From contig CDRNST010000195.1 in NCBI GenBank assembly GCA_977016875.1, positions 3,348,001 to 3,412,000 of the forward strand: 64,000 bases of DNA, read 5' to 3'. Source of the stretch: Pavona decussata. Lineage: Eukaryota. How positions within the stretch are numbered: the first letter of the stretch is position 1; each line of letters opens with the position of its first letter. A program made the position numbers and the translations under genes. A model generated the notes under the pieces. That model searched no databases. It had not been told where the DNA came from and saw only the letters and a list, made by a program, of their open reading frames with translations. This document shows positions 1 through 13,802 of the stretch, one piece after another.

Positions 1-1164
1 GGGGTACTGAATATTTGAACATTATTGGCAAGATAAATGTTGAACACTGGTAACTGGCCACTTGTGCAAAGATGCATTTAATGACCATTGTTTGGAATTT
101 TTGCGGGTTCGCAGACGCTGATTTTCGAACTTTGGTTTTACAGCAAAGTACCCAAAGCTACAGGTCATTCTAAGGATTTTTTTTTACGTCTGAGAACACT
201 TCAGATTTGGGTTCAGAGCCACACGCCGGGGAAACTTCACGCTCAAGAGGGTCAAAGGAGGTTGTTTTACCGCGACTTGACTTTACACAGGAGGAAAAAA
301 AAACACGCCCTTAAGTAGTCGAGGTAAGAGATTCATCTTCAAATATATGGGGCTTTATGGAACGTCCTTGATTCCTTAAAAAAAACCAAGGAAACCGGCA
401 GTTTAAATTGATAAAAAGAAATCAGGATTTAGGCAATGTGCTTGGCTGATTCAACTAGAACTGACCTGCAGGCCCGCAAAACACGAGTCGTAAATTTGCA
501 GTCATACTACAACAAACGTGTTCCTCCACTTTTAGGTAGGTTGTTTGGGCTAGGAACTGTCCGTGACATTTGAGAGAGTGTGGCTTGGTAAAAGAGGAGC
601 GCAGTTGTTTGAGAAAGTCACGCATATTGTCGCACAGCTGCGAAACCTTTAGCGTGTAAGCTTTTGTGCCGCTAGGAAGGCTAGCGGGCAGAGTTCCCTT
701 GATCTTTGGTTGCTTGACCGCCAAGCAAAGCGTGTCCTCGGCTGAATGTTCATCATTCGAGAGTATAATGACCTCTTCAGGCAGTTCGTCCTTCACGACA
801 TTTGGGCTTGGCGAAACCTGTGTTCCGTTGTCGCTGGAAACAGGTGTCTGGTGATCTGACTCTACATGTTCTCCAGCAGTGAGCTTGGGTGCCTCCAGAT
901 AAGCTGACCAAATTAGTAGATTTGACCCCTGATGATCATCCTCTGAACTGCTAGTTAGGTCGTATAGCAGTACCTGAATGAACCGGAAAGCTACTGGCAC
1001 CATGTTCAAATCTTCAACCTGTGGTTGATGGTTCAAATTAAAGGTGAGTGAAATTAAAGGACACTTAGACGCGCGATCGCTGTCACTGATTGGATGCAAC
1101 ACCACGCACTGTGATTGGTCGATAGCTGTTCTATTGATTGTCAATTTCTTTTTCTTTCTTTCTT

Positions 1165-2576
1165 TCAATCCTCTTTAGGATGAATCTGCTTGTGTACGGT
1201 CCTCGGACTTGTTACCATGCGATAGGAGTGAGGCCTGCCCTTGGAGGCGTTAACAGACACTGGCACCAGGCAGTCCAAGGATTCTTTCCAGCATGTACTG
1301 TCCAGATGTAAGCTGTACAGGTTCCCACCATCCGACTTGAACCACAGCAGGGCTGCCATTCTGTCAGGAAGAAAGGCTTGTACGCGCGCTGGCAGAATCC
1401 TGGGCTGTTGAACGGTGCTGTCTGTCTCGACCACTGCAACAAGGTTGCTGATCTTGATCACATCCTAGTCGTGGTCACCAGCTAAGCGTCTACCTGGGGC
1501 TGTCGATTGTTCTCCTTCCTCTGCTGCCTGCCTCCTAAGGATACAGCCATTGTATTCTTCTTCACCGCCGTGTGCCCGTCGTACGTGTTGTGGGCCATCT
1601 CTCTGGAATGGCGGAGTGCCTTGGCGAGGCTGTCTTTCATTTGCTCCGTGCAGTCACTGTGGAGAGAATTCTTTGTCAATTCTAAGGCTCGCTGGGAAAG
1701 AAAGAAAACAAACTGAAAATGGTTGACTTCTGTGTGACTGGAACTTCCGTGTTGTATTATTGATTTATTGATTCATTCATTGATTCTAAGCCAAGGGTTT
1801 GCTTCCCCCAGAACTTCCGTTTAACTTCAAGCCTTGGTTGTCCAAGGGCAAGGGAAGTAATCATGCTTACTAGCGGGCGAAATAAATCCAGGCTTTCGTA
1901 GTTTAAAAAAGTAAGCTGTGACCAGTGGTCTAATTACCTGCGATTGTATTCGCATGTGATGAAAGCTGAACACAAGACATTGATGCTGACTGCGCAACCC
2001 GTTAGTTTCAGGAACATGCCTTTGATGTGCTGTGAAAAGGCAGTGCTTGTGAATGGACGACCGTTTGCACATTCTGCAATAGAGAGAGCGGAAAATATTT
2101 TAACCCCATAACAAAGGGAAATAACTGTAAAAGATGAAGTGAAATGAGTTTGACATTTTGTGCGTGGCGATCTTTTGTTTTCGGAAAATAGCAGTGGCTT
2201 TAAGGCCTTTGTTGAACTTTAATATATACAAAGATTATAAAAGCAAAGGATTTGCCACTCATCACAAGAAGCACGCCAGTGTTGTCCTCATGTGTATTAA
2301 GTTTAGCTCGGTGAATCTTGACGTAGTCGTGCATCAACTTTTTGAGTTCACCTCCAACCTGGGAAAAAATTGGACTTATTTTTACTTCCAAATACCTTTC
2401 AGTCTGAATGTAATCATATGAGTTTTTATTTCAATAAGAATAGCATTAATTTTATGACTTTCATTGTGGATGAAAGTATCTTTTGTTAATCGAAATGAAT
2501 TGTAAATAGGTTTCAATAGTTCTTTTTTCTACTTTTTGCTTGAACTATGTTAAAGAAATTACTTAGTATTAAATTG

Positions 2577-2660
<84 letters not shown>

Positions 2661-4750
2661 TCTTTTCTTACCTGTAGTTCCATTTGCTTGTGACCATTAT
2701 ACTTCCAAGTTTTGTCGAGTTGAAGGTGTAATGTTGGGGCCCCAGAAGAGTGCAGTGGAATCACATTGTGATTTCGGTAATTGGCTGCAATGAATAGTCC
2801 CTCAAGGTCCTGCAGAATTTCTAGGGTGCATATCTCCAGGCCACGTGAGGGAGGTATATGGCAATACAGGCTCAGCAACACCAGGTCTATTGCCTCTTTG
2901 GGTTTTGGTCTTCTTAGCCAGGTTGCCTCGAAAATTCCCGTCTATAGGTTGCCTTCCCTGCAGGATGGGGGATAAGATGGAATTTGTCATGCCTTTCTGT
3001 TCACCTCAATTCTAGCAGCTATTTAATATACCTTCCAAGACCTTTAGTTCTCAGTCATAGGGCTTCTTGTGAACCGTAGCGTAAGAACAAAATAAAAAGG
3101 GCTATACCCAGCCCCCTCCTTCGCTACATTGTTTATTTTCAGTAAATTTCTGTTGTTTTTTTTTTTCTGTCTTTCAGATTGACCTTTTGAAACAGACCGG
3201 TTGCTTTGAAAATGAAAATTAAATGAATATTAAAAAAATATATGAAATATCAGGAACTGATATTAGGGTGCTGATTTTGAGACAAAGGCCTTATTACTCA
3301 CCATGGGAGCCAGTAGTTCAATGTGGACAATTCCTCCTTTGCTTTGGGCCTCTCCAATTCACCCTGCCGTTGAAGTAAGGTTGCCTGCTTTCGAAGCGGT
3401 TTAATCAAGGTTGCACCTTCATAATCCGGTGCTCGATGTTGGTGAATGAACTTTAGCGGGTACAAGAGAGAGATTGCATGATTTGCATGGTCGCTGAACT
3501 AAGTCCCCTTGCATCCTAGGATGGAAATGCAACACTTAAAATTTCCAGAAAATGCATAGTTAAGCCCAATTTAACGTGCAGAAAGGTCTAATTCCTCTAG
3601 TCGAAGGCACCACCTATAACGAAATACGTATGTATGCGCTGTCGCAAAAACTAGCAACCTTGAGCGGCCATGAATCAGAACAGCAAGTGGGAAATAAAAC
3701 ATTAATGCAGAGATTGTTTAGTCAGTATTGCAAATTGCACCAGTTCGGGGTACTGAATATTTGAACATTATTGGCAAGATAAATGTTGAACACTGGTAAC
3801 TGGCCACTTGTGCAAAGATGCATTTAATGACCATTGTTTGGAATTTTTGCGGGTTCGCAGACGCTGATTTTCGAACTTTGGTTTTACAGCAAAGTACCCA
3901 AAGCTACAGGTCATTCTAAGGATTTTTTTTTACGTCTGAGAACTCTTCAGATTTGGGTTCAGAGCCACACGCCGGGGAAACTTCACGCTCAAGAGGGTCA
4001 AAGGAGGTTGTTTTACCGCGACTTGACTTTACACAGGAGGAAAAAAAAACACGCCCTTAAGTAGTCGAGGTAAGAGATTCATCTTCAAATATATGGGGCT
4101 TTATGGAACGTCCTTGATTCCTTAAAAAAAACCAAGGAAACCGGCAGTTTAAATTGATAAAAAGAAATCAGGATTTAGGCAATGTGCTTGGCTGATTCAA
4201 CTAGAACTGACCTGCAGGCCCGCAAAACACGAGTCGTAAATTTGCAGTCATACTACAACAAACGTGTTCCTCCACTTTTAGGTAGGTTGTTTGGGCTAGG
4301 AACTGTCCGTGACATTTGAGAGAGTGTGGCTTGGTAAAAGAGGAGCGCAGTTGTTTGAGAAAGTCACGCATATTGTCGCACAGCTGCGAAACCTTTAGCG
4401 TGTAAGCTTTTGTGCCGCTAGGAAGGCTAGCGGGCAGAGTTCCCTTGATCTTTGGTTGCTTGACCGCCAAGCAAAGCGTGTCCTCGGCTGAATGTTCATC
4501 ATTCGAGAGTATAATGACCTCTTCAGGCAGTTCGTCCTTCACGACATTTGGGCTTGGCGAAACCTGTGTTCCGTTGTCGCTGGAAACAGGTGTCTGGTGA
4601 TCTGACTCTACATGTTCTCCAGCAGTGAGCTTGGGTGCCTCCAGATAAGCTGACCAAATTAGTAGATTTGACCCCTGATGATCATCCTCTGAACTGCTAG
4701 TTAGGTCGTATAGCAGTACCTGAATGAACCGGAAAGCTACTGGCACCATG
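1165..4750 (-). pseudogene. Intron-containing tyrosine recombinase pseudogene (same in every full unit)
   Basis: Exons bounded mostly by GT-AG sites: 3515-3302 (..HAISLLYPLKFIH..LRKQA..WLPW), 2957-2672 (LLSLYCHIPPSRGLEICTL..DKTWKYNG; catalytic R and K), 2358-~2262 (LMHDYVKIHRAKL; donor unclear), 2073-1938 (GRPFTSTAFSQHIKGMF..SINVLCSAFIT; expected xxLR Arg reads Cys) and 1656 onward (LAKALRHSREMAHNTY; catalytic H and Y). A C-terminal domain follows (1461-1165). Stops and frameshifts are present. The 5' exon position is approximate. Confidence 0.75.
2574..2661. repeat. (TTA)n microsatellite in a YR intron; length differs between units
   Basis: Lies immediately past the minus-strand GTAAG donor at 2671. 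It accounts for nearly all length variation among full units. Confidence 0.95.
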
Positions 4751-4832
4751 TTCAAATCTTCAACCTGTGGTTGATGGTTCAAATTAAAGGTGAGTGAAAT
4801 TAAAGGACACTTAGACGCGCGATCGCTGTCAC

Positions 4833-4866
4833 TGATTGGATGCAACACCACGCACTGTGATTGGTC
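4833..4866 (-). promoter_or_regulatory. Paired CCAAT boxes at the 5' end of the unit's YR gene (putative promoter)
   Basis: CTGATTGG and GTGATTGG (CCAATCA on the minus strand) sit within ~50 bp of the unit boundary and upstream of the N-terminal ORF. Confidence 0.35.
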
Positions 4867-6322
4867 GATAGCTGTTCTATTGATTGTCAATTTCTTTTTC
4901 TTTCTTTCTTTCAATCCTCTTTAGGATGAATCTGCTTGTGTACGGTCCTCGGACTTGTTACCATGCGATAGGAGTGAGGCCTGCCCTTGGAGGCGTTAAC
5001 AGACACTGGCACCAGGCAGTCCAAGGATTCTTTCCAGCATGTACTGTCCAGATGTAAGCTGTACAGGTTCCCACCATCCGACTTGAACCACAGCAGGGCT
5101 GCCATTCTGTCAGGAAGAAAGGCTTGTACGTGCGCTGGCAGAATCCTGGGCTGTTGAACGGTGCTGTCTGTCTCGACCACTGCAACAAGGTTGCTGATCT
5201 TGATCACATCCTAGTCGTGGTCACCAGCTAAGCGTCTACCTGGGGCTGTCGATTGTTCTCCTTCCTCTGCTGCCTGCCTCCTAAGGATACAGCCATTGTA
5301 TTCTTCTTCACCGCCGTGTGCCCGTCGTACGTGTTGTGGGCCATCTCTCTGGAATGGCGGAGTGCCTTGGCGAGGCTGTCTTTCATTTGCTCCGTGCAGT
5401 CACTGTGGAGAGAATTCTTTGTCAATTCTAAGGCTCGCTGGGAAAGAAAGAAAACAAACTGAAAATGGTTGACTTCTGTGTGACTGGAACTTCCGTGTTG
5501 TATTATTGATTTATTGATTCATTCATTGATTCTAAGCCAAGGGTTTGCTTCCCCCAGAACTTCCGTTTAACTTCAAGCCTTGGTTGTCCAAGGGCAAGGG
5601 AAGTAATCATGCTTACTAGCGGGCGAAATAAATCCAGGCTTTCGTAGTTTAAAAAAGTAAGCTGTGACCAGTGGTCTAATTACCTGCGATTGTATTCGCA
5701 TGTGATGAAAGCTGAACACAAGACATTGATGCTGACTGCGCAACCCGTTAGTTTCAGGAACATGCCTTTGATGTGCTGTGAAAAGGCAGTGCTTGTGAAT
5801 GGACGACCGTTTGCACATTCTGCAATAGAGAGAGCGGAAAATATTTTAACCCCATAACAAAGGGAAATAACTGTAAAAGATGAAGTGAAATGAGTTTGAC
5901 ATTTTGTGCGTGGCGATCTTTTGTTTTCGGAAAATAGCAGTGGCTTTAAGGCCTTTGTTGAACTTTAATATATACAAAGATTATAAAAGCAAAGGATTTG
6001 CCACTCATCACAAGAAGCACGCCAGTGTTGTCCTCATGTGTATTAAGTTTAGCTCGGTGAATCTTGACGTAGTCGTGCATCAACTTTTTGAGTTCACCTC
6101 CAACCTGGGAAAAAATTGGACTTATTTTTACTTCCAAATACCTTTCAGTCTGAATGTAATCATATGAGTTTTTATTTCAATAAGAATAGCATTAATTTTA
6201 TGACTTTCATTGTGGATGAAAGTATCTTTTGTTAATCGAAATGAATTGTAAATAGGTTTCAATAGTTCTTTTTTCTACTTTTTGCTTGAACTATGTTAAA
6301 GAAATTACTTAGTATTAAATTG

Positions 6323-6370
<48 letters not shown>

Positions 6371-9300
6371 TCTTTTCTTACCTGTAGTTCCATTTGCTTG
6401 TGACCATTATACTTCCAAGTTTTGTCGAGTTGAAGGTGTAATGTTGGGGCCCCAGAAGAGTGCAGTGGAATCACATTGTGATTTCGGTAATTGGCTGCAA
6501 TGAATAGTCCCTCAAGGTCCTGCAGAATTTCTAGGGTGCATATCTCCAGGCCACGTGAGGGAGGTATATGGCAATACAGGCTCAGCAACACCAGGTCTAT
6601 TGCCTCTTTGGGTTTTGGTCTTCTTAGCCAGGTTGCCTCGAAAATTCCCGTCTATAGGTTGCCTTCCCTGCAGGATGGGGGATAAGATGGAATTTGTCAT
6701 GCCTTTCTGTTCACCTCAATTCTAGCAGCTATTTAATATACCTTCCAAGACCTTTAGTTCTCAGTCATAGGGCTTCTTGTGAACCGTAGCGTAAGAACAA
6801 AATAAAAAGGGCTATACCCAGCCCCCTCCTTCGCTACATTGTTTATTTTCAGTAAATTTCTGTTGTTTTTTTTTTTCTGTCTTTCAGATTGACCTTTTGA
6901 AACAGACCGGTTGCTTTGAAAATGAAAATTAAATGAATATTAAAAAAATATATGAAATATCAGGAACTGATATTAGGGTGCTGATTTTGAGACAAAGGCC
7001 TTATTACTCACCATGGGAGCCAGTAGTTCAATGTGGACAATTCCTCCTTTGCTTTGGGCCTCTCCAATTCACCCTGCCGTTGAAGTAAGGTTGCCTGCTT
7101 TCGAAGCGGTTTAATCAAGGTTGCACCTTCATAATCCGGTGCTCGATGTTGGTGAATGAACTTTAGCGGGTACAAGAGAGAGATTGCATGATTTGCATGG
7201 TCGCTGAACTAAGTCCCCTTGCATCCTAGGATGGAAATGCAACACTTAAAATTTCCAGAAAATGCATAGTTAAGCCCAATTTAACGTGCAGAAAGGTCTA
7301 ATTCCTCTAGTCGAAGGCACCACCTATAACGAAATACGTATGTATGCGCTGTCGCAAAAACTAGCAACCTTGAGCGGCCATGAATCAGAACAGCAAGTGG
7401 GAAATAAAACATTAATGCAGAGATTGTTTAGTCAGTATTGCAAATTGCACCAGTTCGGGGTACTGAATATTTGAACATTATTGGCAAGATAAATGTTGAA
7501 CACTGGTAACTGGCCACTTGTGCAAAGATGCATTTAATGACCATTGTTTGGAATTTTTGCGGGTTCGCAGACGCTGATTTTCGAACTTTGGTTTTACAGC
7601 AAAGTACCCAAAGCTACAGGTCATTCTAAGGATTTTTTTTTACGTCTGAGAACACTTCAGATTTGGGTTCAGAGCCACACGCCGGGGAAACTTCACGCTC
7701 AAGAGGGTCAAAGGAGGTTGTTTTACCGCGACTTGACTTTACACAGGAGGAAAAAAAAACACGCCCTTAAGTAGTCGAGGTAAGAGATTCATCTTCAAAT
7801 ATATGGGGCTTTATGGAACGTCCTTGATTCCTTAAAAAAAACCAAGGAAACCGGCAGTTTAAATTGATAAAAAGAAATCAGGATTTAGGCAATGTGCTTG
7901 GCTGATTCAACTAGAACTGACCTGCAGGCCCGCAAAACACGAGTCGTAAATTTGCAGTCATACTACAACAAACGTGTTCCTCCACTTTTAGGTAGGTTGT
8001 TTGGGCTAGGAACTGTCCGTGACATTTGAGAGAGTGTGGCTTGGTAAAAGAGGAGCGCAGTTGTTTGAGAAAGTCACGCATATTGTCGCACAGCTGCGAA
8101 ACCTTTAGCGTGTAAGCTTTTGTGCCGCTAGGAAGGCTAGCGGGCAGAGTTCCCTTGATCTTTGGTTGCTTGACCGCCAAGCAAAGCGTGTCCTCGGCTG
8201 AATGTTCATCATTCGAGAGTATAATGACCTCTTCAGGCAGTTCGTCCTTCACGACATTTGGGCTTGGCGAAACCTGTGTTCCGTTGTCGCTGGAAACAGG
8301 TGTCTGGTGATCTGACTCTACATGTTCTCCAGCAGTGAGCTTGGGTGCCTCCAGATAAGCTGACCAAATTAGTAGATTTGACCCCTGATGATCATCCTCT
8401 GAACTGCTAGTTAGGTCGTATAGCAGTACCTGAATGAACCGGAAAGCTACTGGCACCATGTTCAAATCTTCAACCTGTGGTTGATGGTTCAAATTAAAGG
8501 TGAGTGAAATTAAAGGACACTTAGACGCGCGATCGCTGTCACTGATTGGATGCAACACCACGCACTGTGATTGGTCGATAGCTGTTCTATTGATTGTCAA
8601 TTTCTTTTTCTTTCTTTCTTTCAATCCTCTTTAGGATGAATCTGCTTGTGTACGGTCCTCGGACTTGTTACCATGCGATAGGAGTGAGGCCTGCCCTTGG
8701 AGGCGTTAACAGACACTGGCACCAGGCAGTCCAAGGATTCTTTCCAGCATGTACTGTCCAGATGTAAGCTGTACAGGTTCCCACCATCCGACTTGAACCA
8801 CAGCAGGGCTGCCATTCTGTCAGGAAGAAAGGCTTGTACGCGCGCTGGCAGAATCCTGGGCTGTTGAACGGTGCTGTCTGTCTCGACCACTGCAACAAGG
8901 TTGCTGATCTTGATCACATCCTAGTCGTGGTCACCAGCTAAGCGTCTACCTGGGGCTGTCGATTGTTCTCCTTCCTCTGCTGCCTGCCTCCTAAGGATAC
9001 AGCCATTGTATTCTTCTTCACCGCCGTGTGCCCGTCGTACGTGTTGTGGGCCATCTCTCTGGAATGGCGGAGTGCCTTGGCGAGGCTGTCTTTCATTTGC
9101 TCCGTGCAGTCACTGTGGAGAGAATTCTTTGTCAATTCTAAGGCTCGCTGGGAAAGAAAGAAAACAAACTGAAAATGGTTGACTTCTGTGTGACTGGAAC
9201 TTCCGTGTTGTATTATTGATTTATTGATTCATTCATTGATTCTAAGCCAAGGGTTTGCTTCCCCCAGAACTTCCGTTTAACTTCAAGCCTTGGTTGTCCA

Positions 9301-10032
9301 AGGGCAAGGGAAGTAATCATGCTTACTAGCGGGCGAAATAAATCCAGGCTTTCGTAGTTTAAAAAAGTAAGCTGTGACCAGTGGTCTAATTACCTGCGAT
9401 TGTATTCGCATGTGATGAAAGCTGAACACAAGACATTGATGCTGACTGCGCAACCCGTTAGTTTCAGGAACATGCCTTTGATGTGCTGTGAAAAGGCAGT
9501 GCTTGTGAATGGACGACCGTTTGCACATTCTGCAATAGAGAGAGCGGAAAATATTTTAACCCCATAACAAAGGGAAATAACTGTAAAAGATGAAGTGAAA
9601 TGAGTTTGACATTTTGTGCGTGGCGATCTTTTGTTTTCGGAAAATAGCAGTGGCTTTAAGGCCTTTGTTGAACTTTAATATATACAAAGATTATAAAAGC
9701 AAAGGATTTGCCACTCATCACAAGAAGCACGCCAGTGTTGTCCTCATGTGTATTAAGTTTAGCTCGGTGAATCTTGACGTAGTCGTGCATCAACTTTTTG
9801 AGTTCACCTCCAACCTGGGAAAAAATTGGACTTATTTTTACTTCCAAATACCTTTCAGTCTGAATGTAATCATATGAGTTTTTATTTCAATAAGAATAGC
9901 ATTAATTTTATGACTTTCATTGTGGATGAAAGTATCTTTTGTTAATCGAAATGAATTGTAAATAGGTTTCAATAGTTCTTTTTTCTACTTTTTGCTTGAA
10001 CTATGTTAAAGAAATTACTTAGTATTAAATTG

Positions 10033-10092
<60 letters not shown>

Positions 10093-13000
10093 TCTTTTCT
10101 TACCTGTAGTTCCATTTGCTTGTGACCATTATACTTCCAAGTTTTGTCGAGTTGAAGGTGTAATGTTGGGGCCCCAGAAGAGTGCAGTGGAATCACATTG
10201 TGATTTCGGTAATTGGCTGCAATGAATAGTCCCTCAAGGTCCTGCAGAATTTCTAGGGTGCATATCTCCAGGCCACGTGAGGGAGGTATATGGCAATACA
10301 GGCTCAGCAACACCAGGTCTATTGCCTCTTTGGGTTTTGGTCTTCTTAGCCAGGTTGCCTCGAAAATTCCCGTCTATAGGTTGCCTTCCCTGCAGGATGG
10401 GGGATAAGATGGAATTTGTCATGCCTTTCTGTTCACCTCAATTCTAGCAGCTATTTAATATACCTTCCAAGACCTTTAGTTCTCAGTCATAGGGCTTCTT
10501 GTGAACCGTAGCGTAAGAACAAAATAAAAAGGGCTATACCCAGCCCCCTCCTTCGCTACATTGTTTATTTTCAGTAAATTTCTGTTGTTTTTTTTTTTCT
10601 GTCTTTCAGATTGACCTTTTGAAACAGACCGGTTGCTTTGAAAATGAAAATTAAATGAATATTAAAAAAATATATGAAATATCAGGAACTGATATTAGGG
10701 TGCTGATTTTGAGACAAAGGCCTTATTACTCACCATGGGAGCCAGTAGTTCAATGTGGACAATTCCTCCTTTGCTTTGGGCCTCTCCAATTCACCCTGCC
10801 GTTGAAGTAAGGTTGCCTGCTTTCGAAGCGGTTTAATCAAGGTTGCACCTTCATAATCCGGTGCTCGATGTTGGTGAATGAACTTTAGCGGGTACAAGAG
10901 AGAGATTGCATGATTTGCATGGTCGCTGAACTAAGTCCCCTTGCATCCTAGGATGGAAATGCAACACTTAAAATTTCCAGAAAATGCATAGTTAAGCCCA
11001 ATTTAACGTGCAGAAAGGTCTAATTCCTCTAGTCGAAGGCACCACCTATAACGAAATACGTATGTATGCGCTGTCGCAAAAACTAGCAACCTTGAGCGGC
11101 CATGAATCAGAACAGCAAGTGGGAAATAAAACATTAATGCAGAGATTGTTTAGTCAGTATTGCAAATTGCACCAGTTCGGGGTACTGAATATTTGAACAT
11201 TATTGGCAAGATAAATGTTGAACACTGGTAACTGGCCACTTGTGCAAAGATGCATTTAATGACCATTGTTTGGAATTTTTGCGGGTTCGCAGACGCTGAT
11301 TTTCGAACTTTGGTTTTACAGCAAAGTACCCAAAGCTACAGGTCATTCTAAGGATTTTTTTTTACGTCTGAGAACTCTTCAGATTTGGGTTCAGAGCCAC
11401 ACGCCGGGGAAACTTCACGCTCAAGAGGGTCAAAGGAGGTTGTTTTACCGCGACTTGACTTTACACAGGAGGAAAAAAAAACACGCCCTTAAGTAGTCGA
11501 GGTAAGAGATTCATCTTCAAATATATGGGGCTTTATGGAACGTCCTTGATTCCTTAAAAAAAACCAAGGAAACCGGCAGTTTAAATTGATAAAAAGAAAT
11601 CAGGATTTAGGCAATGTGCTTGGCTGATTCAACTAGAACTGACCTGCAGGCCCGCAAAACACGAGTCGTAAATTTGCAGTCATACTACAACAAACGTGTT
11701 CCTCCACTTTTAGGTAGGTTGTTTGGGCTAGGAACTGTCCGTGACATTTGAGAGAGTGTGGCTTGGTAAAAGAGGAGCGCAGTTGTTTGAGAAAGTCACG
11801 CATATTGTCGCACAGCTGCGAAACCTTTAGCGTGTAAGCTTTTGTGCCGCTAGGAAGGCTAGCGGGCAGAGTTCCCTTGATCTTTGGTTGCTTGACCGCC
11901 AAGCAAAGCGTGTCCTCGGCTGAATGTTCATCATTCGAGAGTATAATGACCTCTTCAGGCAGTTCGTCCTTCACGACATTTGGGCTTGGCGAAACCTGTG
12001 TTCCGTTGTCGCTGGAAACAGGTGTCTGGTGATCTGACTCTACATGTTCTCCAGCAGTGAGCTTGGGTGCCTCCAGATAAGCTGACCAAATTAGTAGATT
12101 TGACCCCTGATGATCATCCTCTGAACTGCTAGTTAGGTCGTATAGCAGTACCTGAATGAACCGGAAAGCTACTGGCACCATGTTCAAATCTTCAACCTGT
12201 GGTTGATGGTTCAAATTAAAGGTGAGTGAAATTAAAGGACACTTAGACGCGCGATCGCTGTCACTGATTGGATGCAACACCACGCACTGTGATTGGTCGA
12301 TAGCTGTTCTATTGATTGTCAATTTCTTTTTCTTTCTTTCTTTCAATCCTCTTTAGGATGAATCTGCTTGTGTACGGTCCTCGGACTTGTTACCATGCGA
12401 TAGGAGTGAGGCCTGCCCTTGGAGGCGTTAACAGACACTGGCACCAGGCAGTCCAAGGATTCTTTCCAGCATGTACTGTCCAGATGTAAGCTGTACAGGT
12501 TCCCACCATCCGACTTGAACCACAGCAGGGCTGCCATTCTGTCAGGAAGAAAGGCTTGTACGCGCGCTGGCAGAATCCTGGGCTGTTGAACGGTGCTGTC
12601 TGTCTCGACCACTGCAACAAGGTTGCTGATCTTGATCACATCCTAGTCGTGGTCACCAGCTAAGCGTCTACCTGGGGCTGTCGATTGTTCTCCTTCCTCT
12701 GCTGCCTGCCTCCTAAGGATACAGCCATTGTATTCTTCTTCACCGCCGTGTGCCCGTCGTACGTGTTGTGGGCCATCTCTCTGGAATGGCGGAGTGCCTT
12801 GGCGAGGCTGTCTTTCATTTGCTCCGTGCAGTCACTGTGGAGAGAATTCTTTGTCAATTCTAAGGCTCGCTGGGAAAGAAAGAAAACAAACTGAAAATGG
12901 TTGACTTCTGTGTGACTGGAACTTCCGTGTTGTATTATTGATTTATTGATTCATTCATTGATTCTAAGCCAAGGGTTTGCTTCCCCCAGAACTTCCGTTT

Positions 13001-13754
13001 AACTTCAAGCCTTGGTTGTCCAAGGGCAAGGGAAGTAATCATGCTTACTAGCGGGCGAAATAAATCCAGGCTTTCGTAGTTTAAAAAAGTAAGCTGTGAC
13101 CAGTGGTCTAATTACCTGCGATTGTATTCGCATGTGATGAAAGCTGAACACAAGACATTGATGCTGACTGCGCAACCCGTTAGTTTCAGGAACATGCCTT
13201 TGATGTGCTGTGAAAAGGCAGTGCTTGTGAATGGACGACCGTTTGCACATTCTGCAATAGAGAGAGCGGAAAATATTTTAACCCCATAACAAAGGGAAAT
13301 AACTGTAAAAGATGAAGTGAAATGAGTTTGACATTTTGTGCGTGGCGATCTTTTGTTTTCGGAAAATAGCAGTGGCTTTAAGGCCTTTGTTGAACTTTAA
13401 TATATACAAAGATTATAAAAGCAAAGGATTTGCCACTCATCACAAGAAGCACGCCAGTGTTGTCCTCATGTGTATTAAGTTTAGCTCGGTGAATCTTGAC
13501 GTAGTCGTGCATCAACTTTTTGAGTTCACCTCCAACCTGGGAAAAAATTGGACTTATTTTTACTTCCAAATACCTTTCAGTCTGAATGTAATCATATGAG
13601 TTTTTATTTCAATAAGAATAGCATTAATTTTATGACTTTCATTGTGGATGAAAGTATCTTTTGTTAATCGAAATGAATTGTAAATAGGTTTCAATAGTTC
13701 TTTTTTCTACTTTTTGCTTGAACTATGTTAAAGAAATTACTTAGTATTAAATTG

Positions 13755-13802
<48 letters not shown>

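Larger units (their letters stand above)
1138..4883 (-). mobile_element. Representative full unit: Crypton-like tyrosine-recombinase element (non-functional)
   Basis: The natural boundary CTATTGA|TTGTCAA is defined by the array's right end and by the short-unit junctions. The unit holds one spliced YR gene remnant, with no RT, LTR or TIR seen. Confidence 0.7.

Noticed and set aside
88-318. Short plus-strand ORFs repeated in every array unit (76, 62, 69, 87, 64 aa)
   Set aside because: They are antisense to the YR remnant, mostly have non-ATG starts and show no motifs. Recurrence reflects DNA duplication only.
2513-2881. Poly-Asn protein ORF (and its copies)
   Set aside because: It is read-through of a YR exon past the GTAAG donor into an intronic (TTA)n microsatellite.
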